Both the position numbers and the translations under genes were made by a program. 64,000 nt of DNA from an uncultured Dehalococcoidales bacterium (GTDB lineage: Bacteria > Chloroflexota > Dehalococcoidia > Dehalococcoidales > UBA2162): assembly GCA_964453525.1 (NCBI GenBank), contig CAYVOV010000003.1, positions 2,099 to 66,098 of the forward strand, written 5' to 3'. Of the stretch, positions 36,901-45,485 are shown piece after piece; the first letter of the stretch is position 1; each line of letters begins with the position of its first letter. The notes below the pieces were generated by a model. The model saw nothing but the letters and a program-made list of their open reading frames with translations, ran no database searches and had not been told where the DNA came from.

Positions 36901-37900
36901 AGGGTGTCAGGGTAGCATCATAAACAGGCTTTCCCCGCCTAACTGATGGTCTACGATATAGGCTGACTTTGTAGTCCTTATCAGGTATCATTTCAGGTCT
37001 GACTATATCATTCCAGTCTTTGAATGGCACTACCTTGCTCATAGCCTGAGCGGGTGGGACATTCCCGCAACCCTCATTCTGCTTGAAGTAATTATAATTA
37101 ATCAGCCAGCCATTAGTTAAAAGCCTGATAGTATCAATATCATCATACTTCTGGAATACCCTTGTTCTTTGCTCTAGTGTCTTGTGAAACCGCTCTATAA
37201 GGCTGGTGCTATGTTCTAAATCAAATGGTCCACCTGTCTTATGCTCTGACCACGCTCCAAAAGCCTCTTCCACTCCGACCAGATAAGACTTAAGCTTGTC
37301 TGTTACTACCACTTTTGGAGTTTTATTAGCACGCTTTGCCGCTTTAAGCATCAGGATTTTAGCGTCTCTCCCACTTCTTGTATATGAAACGTGTGAGGCT
37401 AAAAGGTATCTTGAATCAGCGTCTATTATGTCCCAAAAGTAAATATTGCGTCCTTTCAGCTTCATATAAGTCTCATCGGCAACCCACTTATTGCCAACAA
37501 TAGGGTGAAAATTTTTAGCCTGCCTGATAGCCTCTTTGGTAAATCTCTCTACCCAATTCCAATAGTTACTTTCACTCATATCAAGATTATGGTCTTGCCT
37601 GAATTGCTGCTGAATTCCATCGAGTGTCATACCGTTATAATACATACTTAAAGCAGAAGCTATCCGGCGGGCGGGTGTTTTCATTTTCTTAATTCTGGCA
37701 ACCATCTTTGCACTAGGCATTCTTTGAGTCTGATTAAAATTTAATCCACCACTACTTGAACCCATATTACCTCTAAATGATTTGCCGACATACCGGATAT
37801 GCCTTTGTATGACTTTATCGCCTTTGTGAATTGTCTCTACTTCATAATCATACCAATTGCCACTTCCAGGTGGAATTTCTTTTGCTCGAATAAAACTCAT
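36878..37900 (-). CDS. DDE transposase, IS6/IS240-like
   Basis: WVADETYMKLKG, YFWDIIDADSRY, VVTDKLKSY, LIERFHKTLEQR correspond to DDE_Tnp_IS240 motifs. Confidence 0.7.
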   Translation of the reverse strand: MSFIRAKEIPPGSGNWYDYEVETIHKGDKVIQRHIRYVGKSFRGNMGSSSGGLNFNQTQRMPSAKMVARIKKMKTPARRIASALSMYYNGMTLDGIQQQFRQDHNLDMSESNYWNWVERFTKEAIRQAKNFHPIVGNKWVADETYMKLKGRNIYFWDIIDADSRYLLASHVSYTRSGRDAKILMLKAAKRANKTPKVVVTDKLKSYLVGVEEAFGAWSEHKTGGPFDLEHSTSLIERFHKTLEQRTRVFQKYDDIDTIRLLTNGWLINYNYFKQNEGCGNVPPAQAMSKVVPFKDWNDIVRPEMIPDKDYKVSLYRRPSVRRGKPVYDATLTPFEVEVEG

Positions 37901-37940
37901 TATTGCCTTTCAATTATAACTATTTTATAATTAAGCACTC

Positions 37941-38129
37941 ATGACAGATAAAGATTGGAATACTTTTCTCAAATTTTTTCTTATTATAGTTATCATTGCC
38001 TTTGTGCTTTGGGCTTTAAGTGCTACTATTCAATTCCTCACAAATCATGTATTTTTATTCGGTATGCTTGTGGGATTAGTTGTCGGGGCGGGTATCACCT
38101 TCTTCGTCATGCGGTTTGTTAAACATTAA
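37941..38129 (+). CDS. small two-helix membrane protein (IS passenger)
   Basis: 62 aa, two hydrophobic helices. Its 3' end overlaps the convergent ORF at 38076-38474. Confidence 0.3.
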   Translation: MTDKDWNTFLKFFLIIVIIAFVLWALSATIQFLTNHVFLFGMLVGLVVGAGITFFVMRFVKH

Positions 38130-38474
38130 CTGCATTTTCTTTAATTCATTGGTATTTTCTTTTATTGCGAGAGTAATATTATCCAATTTAGACATTATCT
38201 CATTCGTTATTTCGCCTGATTTTGCACTTTGTTTCCGTTCAGTAACATAAAATAAACCAAATAGAGAAATAAATAAAAATGCCACAGGCACAAGCCATGG
38301 ATATTGCCGACTTTGGAGAGCTGCAAGCCATCCTTTCTCTATAAGTATCTTATAGAAACTTACATATAAAGGTGAGACCCAAGTAATGAAGGCACCTAAT
38401 AGAACGCTCCAAAATGTAAGTGATTTAGCCAACCCTATCACTCCTGAAAGGATTTGCCTAAAGAGTGATTTCAT
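38076..38474 (-). CDS. membrane protein (IS passenger)
   Basis: 132 aa, three hydrophobic segments. Confidence 0.35.
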   Translation of the reverse strand: MKSLFRQILSGVIGLAKSLTFWSVLLGAFITWVSPLYVSFYKILIEKGWLAALQSRQYPWLVPVAFLFISLFGLFYVTERKQSAKSGEITNEIMSKLDNITLAIKENTNELKKMQLMFNKPHDEEGDTRPDN

Positions 38475-38562
38475 AAGTCCCCCCCTTTAGGCTTATGGAT
38501 ATTATAACCTCCCTATTAGGCACTCTGCAAGAAGGTTGTACTTTACCAAATCGTATTCTATA

Positions 38563-38591
38563 TTGACAGGAGAGAATTTACATATTATAAT
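38563..38591 (+). promoter_or_regulatory. consensus sigma70 promoter
   Basis: TTGACA (38563-38568), 17-bp spacer, TATAAT (38586-38591). Confidence 0.6.
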
Positions 38592-38762
38592 TCAGCTGCT
38601 TCTACCAGTCAGCGTAATTAAAAGAAAATGACAAATTATTACTGGAACACACAGGTAATTATCCTTCACGTCATTCCGGCTACGGTCGTTGGAAGGGCCT
38701 GGTGTGTTTCCAGTTCTATTACATGAAGAAGTGACACGATAAATCTACAGGAAACAGCCAGG

Positions 38763-38794
38763 CCCGGGAAGCAAAAGTCCCGGGCTTTCTTATT
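38763..38794 (+). terminator. intrinsic terminator-like hairpin in the methyltransferase leader
   Basis: cccggga (38763-38769), 8-nt loop, tcccggg (38778-38784), then ctttcttatt. A 15-bp hairpin (38696-38711 with 38750-38764) precedes it. Confidence 0.4.
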
Positions 38795-38847
38795 ATACAG
38801 ATATATACGCAGGCTCCAGAGTAAAACAAATAAAAAGGAGGTGCACT

Positions 38848-39600
38848 GTGGTTGTGGACGAAACAGGAAGGTTTGAAGGATATGATCCCGTGTACTATGA
38901 CCTTACCTTCGGGGCACAGAAGACAGATGTCCGGTTCTATACCCGGCTTGTTAAGGAGGTTACCGGTAAAGTGCTGGAAATAGCCTGCGGCAGCGGCAGG
39001 GTCTACCTTGATTTACTGAAAGAAGGCGCTGATATTTACGGCATAGACCTTTCCGAAAAGATGCTGAGTGCGTTAAAGGAAAAAGCCGGAAAAACGGGAC
39101 TGGAACCGAAGGTCTATCTCGCCGATATGAGAGAATTCGAGCTGGATAATACATTCGACCTGATTATCATCCCGGCAAGGTCGTTTTTACATAATATAAC
39201 GATTGATGACCAGCTCAATACACTTAAAAGCTGCCGGAAGCATCTGGCAGTAAACGGCAGGCTGGTCCTCAACTTCTTTTATCCCAGCCGCGATGTTATG
39301 GCGAACAACTACGGGAAAGAAATGAAGCAGCTCTTCGACACGCCAGACGGTCAGGTAGAACTGGTACAGAAATCAGATTTTGCTGATGAGCCGGACCAGG
39401 TTATAGATATAATTTTCACCTGGAAAAAAGATGAACGCGAACTCTCCCGGTTCAGGTCAAAACTGTCATTCATTTACAAGCGTGAATTCGAGCTGCTGCT
39501 CAGGCTGGCAGGATTCACCAAATGGCAGGTGTACGGAGGATTTGAGTATCAGCCGCTGGAATCACACGACCAGGAAATGGTCTGGATAGTCGAAAAATAA
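38848..39600 (+). CDS. class I SAM-dependent methyltransferase
   Basis: VLEIACGSGR motif I. GTG start preceded by aggagg. Confidence 0.75.
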   Translation: MVVDETGRFEGYDPVYYDLTFGAQKTDVRFYTRLVKEVTGKVLEIACGSGRVYLDLLKEGADIYGIDLSEKMLSALKEKAGKTGLEPKVYLADMREFELDNTFDLIIIPARSFLHNITIDDQLNTLKSCRKHLAVNGRLVLNFFYPSRDVMANNYGKEMKQLFDTPDGQVELVQKSDFADEPDQVIDIIFTWKKDERELSRFRSKLSFIYKREFELLLRLAGFTKWQVYGGFEYQPLESHDQEMVWIVEK

Positions 39601-39606
39601 TTCGGA

Positions 39607-40380
39607 ATGAATATTACCGGAGGTAATGAAATGAAGGAAGCAAGACCGTGGCATGAAGACGATTCCTTCTGGGAAACCTGGGGACCTATTATGTTCTCAC
39701 CCGGCAGGATAGAAAACGCGAAAGATGAAGTGGATAAAGTTATCGACCTTTTGGAAATCAAACCGGGGGCACGGGTTCTTGACCTCTGCTGCGGAGTCGG
39801 GCGTCATTCCCTGGAACTGGCACGCCGCGGCTTTCAGGTAACCGGTGTCGACCGCACCCGCAGCTACCTGGACAAAGCTATAGCTCAGGCTACCGAAGAA
39901 AGCCTGAAGGTGGAGTTTATCCAGGAGGATATGCGGGACTTTTTACGAGCAGAGTCGTTCGACTGTGCAATAAGTATGTTTACATCGTTCAGTTATTTTG
40001 AGGACCCTGAAGAGGATAAAAAAGTTGTGGAAAATGTGTATAAGTCGTTGAATCCGGGAGGAGTTTTTATCCTGGATACTCAAGGTAAAGAAACGCTGGC
40101 ACGCAAATATCAGGAAAGGAACTGGAATGAGCGTGGCGGTGTAATATGGCTGGAGGAGAGGAAAGTAAGCCAGAACTGGAGCTGGATGTGGAACCGCTGG
40201 ATAATGTTCAGAGGCAATGAGCGAATCGAGAACGAGATTTCCCACCGTCTTTATGCCGCAACCGAGCTGATGGCTCTGCTGACCGGATGCGGGTTCAGCC
40301 GGGCTGAGGCTTACGGCGGCCTGGATGGTAGTCCTTACGACCACAAGGCACAGCGACTAATTGTTTTGGGGCATAAGTAA
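39607..40380 (+). CDS. class I SAM-dependent methyltransferase
   Basis: VLDLCCGVGRHS motif I. Tandem paralog of the upstream gene. The start may be ATG 39631. Confidence 0.75.
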   Translation: MNITGGNEMKEARPWHEDDSFWETWGPIMFSPGRIENAKDEVDKVIDLLEIKPGARVLDLCCGVGRHSLELARRGFQVTGVDRTRSYLDKAIAQATEESLKVEFIQEDMRDFLRAESFDCAISMFTSFSYFEDPEEDKKVVENVYKSLNPGGVFILDTQGKETLARKYQERNWNERGGVIWLEERKVSQNWSWMWNRWIMFRGNERIENEISHRLYAATELMALLTGCGFSRAEAYGGLDGSPYDHKAQRLIVLGHK

Positions 40381-40429
40381 GTAAACTGGAAGTATTTCAG
40401 GACTATCCTTCTCTTTAATTATTATATCC

Positions 40430-41100
40430 CCACCCCCGGTTCCGAAGTCCCCTTCAGGGTTTCGTCGTGAGCTCAGACGAACGGAGAATCCTTCAGGGTG
40501 AACCCCTCTCCTTAACAAGGCCTTGCCTCAAGAGTCATTCTGGAGTCCGCCTCTGGCGGACGAAGAATCTCAGGGTGGGGAGTCAAGGTAATCCCCTCCT
40601 CCCTGAGACCCTTCGCGGGGTTTACACTGTGCGGAGCGAATGTGCTCCAGGGTGACATGGACACACGACTTTTAGGGCAAGACTCCTTAGCAAGGAAGGG
40701 GGGATTTCAAAAAAGGCTTGATATGCTTCAGTGATTATTATTCGGTGAAGATATTTATAAGTCCTGATAGCATATCAATGGGAGGTGATTGGGCTCTTTT
40801 TACCAGAAAGCAGGTTAGTTTTAATGTGGATATGCCATATGAAAATGTTAGACTATCATTCCAGACCTGAGCGAGAGCCCAGTATTCAGGAACGAATTTG
40901 AATATAGATTCCCGCCTACGCGGGAATGACAAACGAAAAAACGGGGTGTGAATAGGAGCAAAGCCTCCCTAAAATACCTCCGCTGGGAGTTTAAGAGGGT
41001 GGTGGCGCTTAAGCGCCAACCACCCTCTTCTATAAACTTCCCCCTTCCCATTCAGGGGAAGGGGGAACAGGGGGTAGGGTTATATAGACTTTATCAAGGG
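40430..41100. repeat. cluster of REP-like hairpin elements
   Basis: Repeated ..cagggtg.. units. Hairpins ttcgtcgtgagctcagacgaa, gtccgcctctggcggac and ttcccgcctacgcgggaa. The ORFs called here are spurious. Confidence 0.5.
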
Positions 41101-41193
41101 TGGCGGGTGGGAATAGATAAAGTGAAGAAGCGAAGTGTTTCATTCAAAAAACTGAACAGTGCCGGGACCAGTTTAAGAAAAGCTGTTGGCTGG

Positions 41194-41310
41194 TTATTCC
41201 ATCCGCAGGACGGCTTTAGCCAGGTCCCAGGAGTAATCGTAGAGGTGAAGTCCCTTGCTGACGGCAATCAGCTCGCCGTCCTCGACGCCGATTTCGCTGA
41301 AAAGTTCTAC
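41194..41310 (-). pseudogene. C-terminal stub of a thymidylate-synthase-family gene
   Basis: The minus strand reads ELFSEIGVEDGELIAVSKGLHLYDYSWDLAKAVLRME-stop. It aligns with EYMADEIGVRDGELIALSKGLHLYKYSWEQ of the intact gene 80 bp away. No N-terminal part is present. Confidence 0.7.
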
Positions 41311-41388
41311 TCGACCTATTAGATTCTATTAAGCGCTAACACAAACGTAAATGGAAATTAATCTGAGAATGCAGTGGGAAAATTGGTT

Positions 41389-42105
41389 TTATTTTTGTCC
41401 AAATTTTAATTGCTTCCCATCTACTTCAAATGGAAACGCAAGCTGTTCTGTCCGCAACCAATCCATTCTAGCAGCTATACAAGCTTGTTCCCAGGAGTAC
41501 TTGTATAGATGCAATCCTTTGCTTAACGCAATCAATTCGCCGTCACGCACGCCAATCTCATCTGCCATATATTCCTTCAACATCTGGATAGCTGCAAGAT
41601 TTGAAGGAAAACCAGCCCACAGATCCCAAGAACGGAAATATACAAAAAAGTGCAGTCTGCCATCCCGAATTTTAGTGTCTATCCCTCGGAGGCATGGTGG
41701 GTCATCGAGTAAAATAGATTTACTATCACCAACTACCATATAAGCTTGATTGTTATAAGGGCCCTCCTTTTTATACATCTTAATTACTTCATCAATTTGC
41801 GATTCCAAATATTGACCATACGTATATTGCTCTCCTTCGGCTTTATGTGAGGTCATTAGATAGGGAAGGTACGCTTCTATATATTCCATAGATGTTGGTG
41901 GTGGTACACCTTGGGGCAGGTCAGGTATTAGTGGTTTTGTTCCTGGATTAAGAATCTCAACTACTACAAAGTCAAGTTCAATTCGTGTATGCCCAGCGTA
42001 GCTTCCCCTTTCAATAGTATATTTGTATCCTTCCGTCAAAGTCTTTCTTAAACAAAGAAACCATGCTTCGGATAAATCTCTAGCCTCAATTTTAAAAATA
42101 TTCAT
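41389..42105 (-). CDS. thymidylate synthase superfamily protein (archaeal-like type)
   Basis: PPCLRGID (catalytic Cys region), YFRSWDLWAGFPSNL, KGLHLY parallel ThyA PCH..FQFY, QRSCDVFLGLPFN, GDTHLY. AT-rich gene and flanks. Confidence 0.7.
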   Translation of the reverse strand: MNIFKIEARDLSEAWFLCLRKTLTEGYKYTIERGSYAGHTRIELDFVVVEILNPGTKPLIPDLPQGVPPPTSMEYIEAYLPYLMTSHKAEGEQYTYGQYLESQIDEVIKMYKKEGPYNNQAYMVVGDSKSILLDDPPCLRGIDTKIRDGRLHFFVYFRSWDLWAGFPSNLAAIQMLKEYMADEIGVRDGELIALSKGLHLYKYSWEQACIAARMDWLRTEQLAFPFEVDGKQLKFGQK

Positions 42106-42361
42106 TAATTCTTTAATCTATTACCTTATTAATTATCCTTTTAAAGATAGCATATTATATGCCAACTACCTTCATTCTATCAACTATTACAAATAGTATT
42201 TTTGTAATAATTTTCGAGATTCTAATATCGCAGAGACGAATTCATTATCAATAGTATTGAGGACTTTAACTTCTTTTAAAGTGAAAATGCCATTTATATA
42301 TGAAATTATACATGGAAAATAGTAGCATAGATATAAACTCATGCAACTATTAAAACCATTC

Positions 42362-43240
42362 CTACAGAGCCCTGAGATATTCGGGGCGGAGGTCGGACAT
42401 ATCTTTTCTTGCCAGGACATCAGAAATCAGTTTAACCGCCTCTTCCTTTTGTTCGGGCAGCCGTACCTTTATCGGCAGGTAGTTGGAGGCGTGATTGGCA
42501 GTGAAAAAGCAGTTCGTAAAATCTGAGTTCTCTATCATTATCTTCAGTTCTTCCAGTGCCTGGAATGGTGATATCAGGGTGAACCTGCCTTCTTCCCAGT
42601 CTTTGTAAAGCGGTGTTCCGGGTGTAAGCATAATTGTCAGGGCACCGGCGAAATCGGGGTCGATATCGGAGAGTATTTTCGCTGTCTGGAGGGCATGTTT
42701 TTTACTGCCCTCGACGCCACCGAGCCCCAGAATCACCGTCACCGAAGTGGTGATTCCCGCCTGTTTCAGCTTTCTTCCCGCCTCGACTATCTCGTCGTAG
42801 GTAGCCCCTTTTTTAATCTTCTTCAGGAGTTCTTCATCTCCCGTCTCCACTCCTAGGTAGGCTATTTTGAGGTTGAGTTCCCTCAATTCTATAAGCTCGT
42901 CAATGCTCTTAATCAGAGCGGCGCGTGGAGTGGAATAAGTCCCGATTCTCTCCAGATGAGGGAAGCTCCGGTTCAGGTGCTTAAGCACTTCAACCAGGAT
43001 TCTCCGGGGAGCAATCAGGGCATCCCCGTTTTCTAGGAACACATGGCTGACGCTGCGACTGTAAATCCGAGCCACCTCATCGATATCGCGCTTTATATCC
43101 TCGATATTCCTTATCCTGAATTTTATACCGGTATAGGTACCGCAGAAAGTGCAGGTATTATTTGAACAGCCGAGTGTTACGGGCAGTAAAAAGCTGTTTG
43201 CTTCACTCGGCGGGCGCACCTGTACCATTCTCTCGTCCAT
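42362..43240 (-). CDS. radical SAM protein
   Basis: Cys motif CSNNTCTFCG near the N-terminus, TIM-barrel-like length (292 aa). Confidence 0.75.
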   Translation of the reverse strand: MDERMVQVRPPSEANSFLLPVTLGCSNNTCTFCGTYTGIKFRIRNIEDIKRDIDEVARIYSRSVSHVFLENGDALIAPRRILVEVLKHLNRSFPHLERIGTYSTPRAALIKSIDELIELRELNLKIAYLGVETGDEELLKKIKKGATYDEIVEAGRKLKQAGITTSVTVILGLGGVEGSKKHALQTAKILSDIDPDFAGALTIMLTPGTPLYKDWEEGRFTLISPFQALEELKIMIENSDFTNCFFTANHASNYLPIKVRLPEQKEEAVKLISDVLARKDMSDLRPEYLRAL

Positions 43241-43248
43241 AATCTACC

Positions 43249-44013
43249 TCATCTCTTCCCGAAAAGGCTGTAAAACCTGTCTTCATACTCTTCAAAGAGA
43301 CCCCAGCGGTCAAGCTCGTCTTTCAGTTCTCCGGGGGCAAGGTCACCCCTGATAACCTGCTCGAACAGTTCATCAATCCTTTTTCTCGTGGCTACCGCCG
43401 TACCGTGGGAGTCCATATTCAGTAAACCCTGTCTCCCCAGTTGCCTGAGATTATGCGGTACCGAACTTCTTGTCACCTCGTAAATAAACTTCATCAGCGA
43501 CACGTCCCAGAGTTCATCTTCACCTTTTATTATTGCCGACAGGGGGTCATTACGTTTATCGATGTCTTCATTCAGCTTGTCCACCACCGAGCGAAGGTTA
43601 TCGGAGACGATATTGAGTCCTCCCGGCTCATTCTTATAGGTGTAAAACAGGCCCTGGAGACCTACCTCGTGTTCTTCGGCAAGCGCTTCGAAATATCTCC
43701 TGGCTTCGGTGCTGAATCCCTCAAGCCGGGAAAGGTAATAAGGAGTGACAATCTGGGGTCTTTCGGCAATTACCCTGCCTTCCCTGATCACGGTCTCGGT
43801 GATATCCTGTATAAGCTCGGAGTAAGCCGGCTCGGTGACAAGATAGTAATATATATTGGTAGTGCCGAAGGTATAGAGGTTCTGTCTGGGAGCCCTCAGT
43901 ACCTGCGTCTGCCTTACCGCGTATTCAATTCTCTTGTCTATATCCATTTCAGGTTTCTCCGGATTTCCTCCTTGCGGGTGGCCCGGCTCCGGTATTCCAG
44001 CAATATTCTCCAC
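43249..44013 (-). CDS. conserved hypothetical protein
   Basis: 254-aa ORF. The likely start is MDIDKRI at 43947. Confidence 0.4.
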   Translation of the reverse strand: MENIAGIPEPGHPQGGNPEKPEMDIDKRIEYAVRQTQVLRAPRQNLYTFGTTNIYYYLVTEPAYSELIQDITETVIREGRVIAERPQIVTPYYLSRLEGFSTEARRYFEALAEEHEVGLQGLFYTYKNEPGGLNIVSDNLRSVVDKLNEDIDKRNDPLSAIIKGEDELWDVSLMKFIYEVTRSSVPHNLRQLGRQGLLNMDSHGTAVATRKRIDELFEQVIRGDLAPGELKDELDRWGLFEEYEDRFYSLFGKR

Positions 44014-44324
44014 AGCCGGGAGATGTTTACCGGTAAAATTATCTTTTTCTCACTATTTTTACAGTATACCGCTTCATGACCGGGGTCAAGCGATACGTCT
44101 ATTTTTCTTCCTTCCACCACCGTATACATGTGAGGATTAACGGTGGGCAGGTTATACCACTTCTTTATCGGCACTATCGATATACAACAAATCAGGTCTG
44201 CCTTTTTACCAAGTTCCTCAGCCTTTGCTTTTATTTTCAAAGACTTCCGAATACAGTTGTTACCGAAAAGGAAATAAGGTTCCCGGTATATTTTATCGAT
44301 AAAGGAAGATAGCTCATCCACCAC
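43938..44324 (-). CDS. hypothetical protein
   Basis: 128-aa ORF in the same operon direction. Confidence 0.35.
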   Translation of the reverse strand: MVDELSSFIDKIYREPYFLFGNNCIRKSLKIKAKAEELGKKADLICCISIVPIKKWYNLPTVNPHMYTVVEGRKIDVSLDPGHEAVYCKNSEKKIILPVNISRLWRILLEYRSRATRKEEIRRNLKWI

Positions 44325-44327
44325 AGT

Positions 44328-44939
44328 TCACTCTATAGCCAGTAGCTCTTGCTTGTATTCATTAAGGTGGGTAATGTATGCGGCATCAAGCTGAATCTGT
44401 ATCTTCCGCCATTCCTGCTGAAACTGCGGCTGTTTTTCCACATCTATCTTCGTTCCCATTAAAGGATTCATCTGCTGCTGCATTGCCTGCTGTATCTTGT
44501 TTTCCATATCAGCTTTTAACGACTGATAAGCCTGTTGTCTCTGCTTTTCACCTTCTTCGGCATAGTGGTTAAAGAGGTATCTTATCTTGCTGTAAACATT
44601 TTCCACGGTTACCTTATCGGTTTTCAGCAGCTTTACTCCATCCATCACTCTCCGGTTATTCTTCTTCTCAATGTCATTCTTTGGCAGGCTTAAGTTCCTG
44701 GTCAGTACATCCATTGCGCCTTTGACAACATACTTCCTGGTAGCTTCCTCATACTGCCTTAACTCAACGACGAGGTTGGAGTCTTCCCTGAGATACTTTG
44801 CCGCCAGTTTTTCTCCTTCAGGGACGTATTTCCATCCCAGACGCTCCTCATCGGTTGCCTCACCTATCTGTTTGGCTTTCTCTAGCGCTATCTCCCGGGC
44901 GCTTCTTATCTCATCATCCATAATTGTAATAGCCACCAT
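44328..44939 (-). CDS. hypothetical coiled-coil protein
   Basis: 203-aa ORF. Confidence 0.4.
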   Translation of the reverse strand: MVAITIMDDEIRSAREIALEKAKQIGEATDEERLGWKYVPEGEKLAAKYLREDSNLVVELRQYEEATRKYVVKGAMDVLTRNLSLPKNDIEKKNNRRVMDGVKLLKTDKVTVENVYSKIRYLFNHYAEEGEKQRQQAYQSLKADMENKIQQAMQQQMNPLMGTKIDVEKQPQFQQEWRKIQIQLDAAYITHLNEYKQELLAIE

Positions 44940-45300
44940 TTCATAATTCGGTGACTCTCAATATGATTATACTATATACACGGGAAAGCTCAAAGAACAA
45001 CAGGTTGCCATCCCAATCCCTGTCCATTCTACCTGGTTTTAATATGGTAACCCCTTACCCCGCCTGTCAAAGCCTTGTGCGGCGGGCAGGCCTTTATCCC
45101 TCGTTCGACTGAACTCAGTTCTGGTGACATCACTGGAACCATGTCGAAGTCTCCCTTTTGAAAAAGGGGAGAGGGAATAGTGTAGAGAAAGGGGCTTTCA
45201 CCCCTTTTAATAAAGTTCCTGACTTTCCCTGGAGAATAAACGGATGGGGGAAGCACAGTGGTACTCCCCCCTTATAAGTTGATGCAATCAGGTGAGAAGA

Positions 45301-45441
45301 TTATCCTTTGCCGATTCTGAACATCTTGGTGCCGCAGGTTGGGCACGTCCCCTGGGTAGCGGGTTTACCGTTCTTCATCGTGATGCTTTTTGCATCCTTC
45401 ATTTCCCTCTTTTTTCGGCATTTAACACAATACGCTTCCAA
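45301..45441 (-). CDS. small zinc-ribbon protein (DUF5679-like), absent from the ORF track
   Basis: TTG start after ggag. The ORF reads (M)EAYCVKCRKKREMKDAKSITMKNGKPATQGTCPTCGTKMFRIGKG, 46 codons with two CxxC pairs. Confidence 0.6.
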   Translation of the reverse strand: MEAYCVKCRKKREMKDAKSITMKNGKPATQGTCPTCGTKMFRIGKG

Positions 45442-45485
45442 GAGATTTTTCTCCTTTCTGCTGTTTTGTTACTACTATTTCAGGC

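Larger units (their letters stand above)
36570..38547. mobile_element. IS6-family-like insertion sequence with passenger genes (1978 bp)
   Basis: Perfect 12-bp terminal inverted repeats GGTAAAGTACAA (36570-36581) and TTGTACTTTACC (38536-38547). 8-bp direct repeats AAATCGTA at 36562-36569 and 38548-38555. Confidence 0.75.

Noticed and set aside
40948-41322. 124-aa plus-strand ORF.
   Set aside because: It spans REP-like hairpins and runs antisense to the thymidylate-synthase stub, whose minus-strand reading aligns to a real protein.
42187-42420. 77-aa minus-strand ORF between the radical SAM and thyA-like genes.
   Set aside because: It overlaps the radical SAM gene end, is Cys/Ile-rich AT-driven sequence, and lies in the AT-rich flank of the inserted gene.
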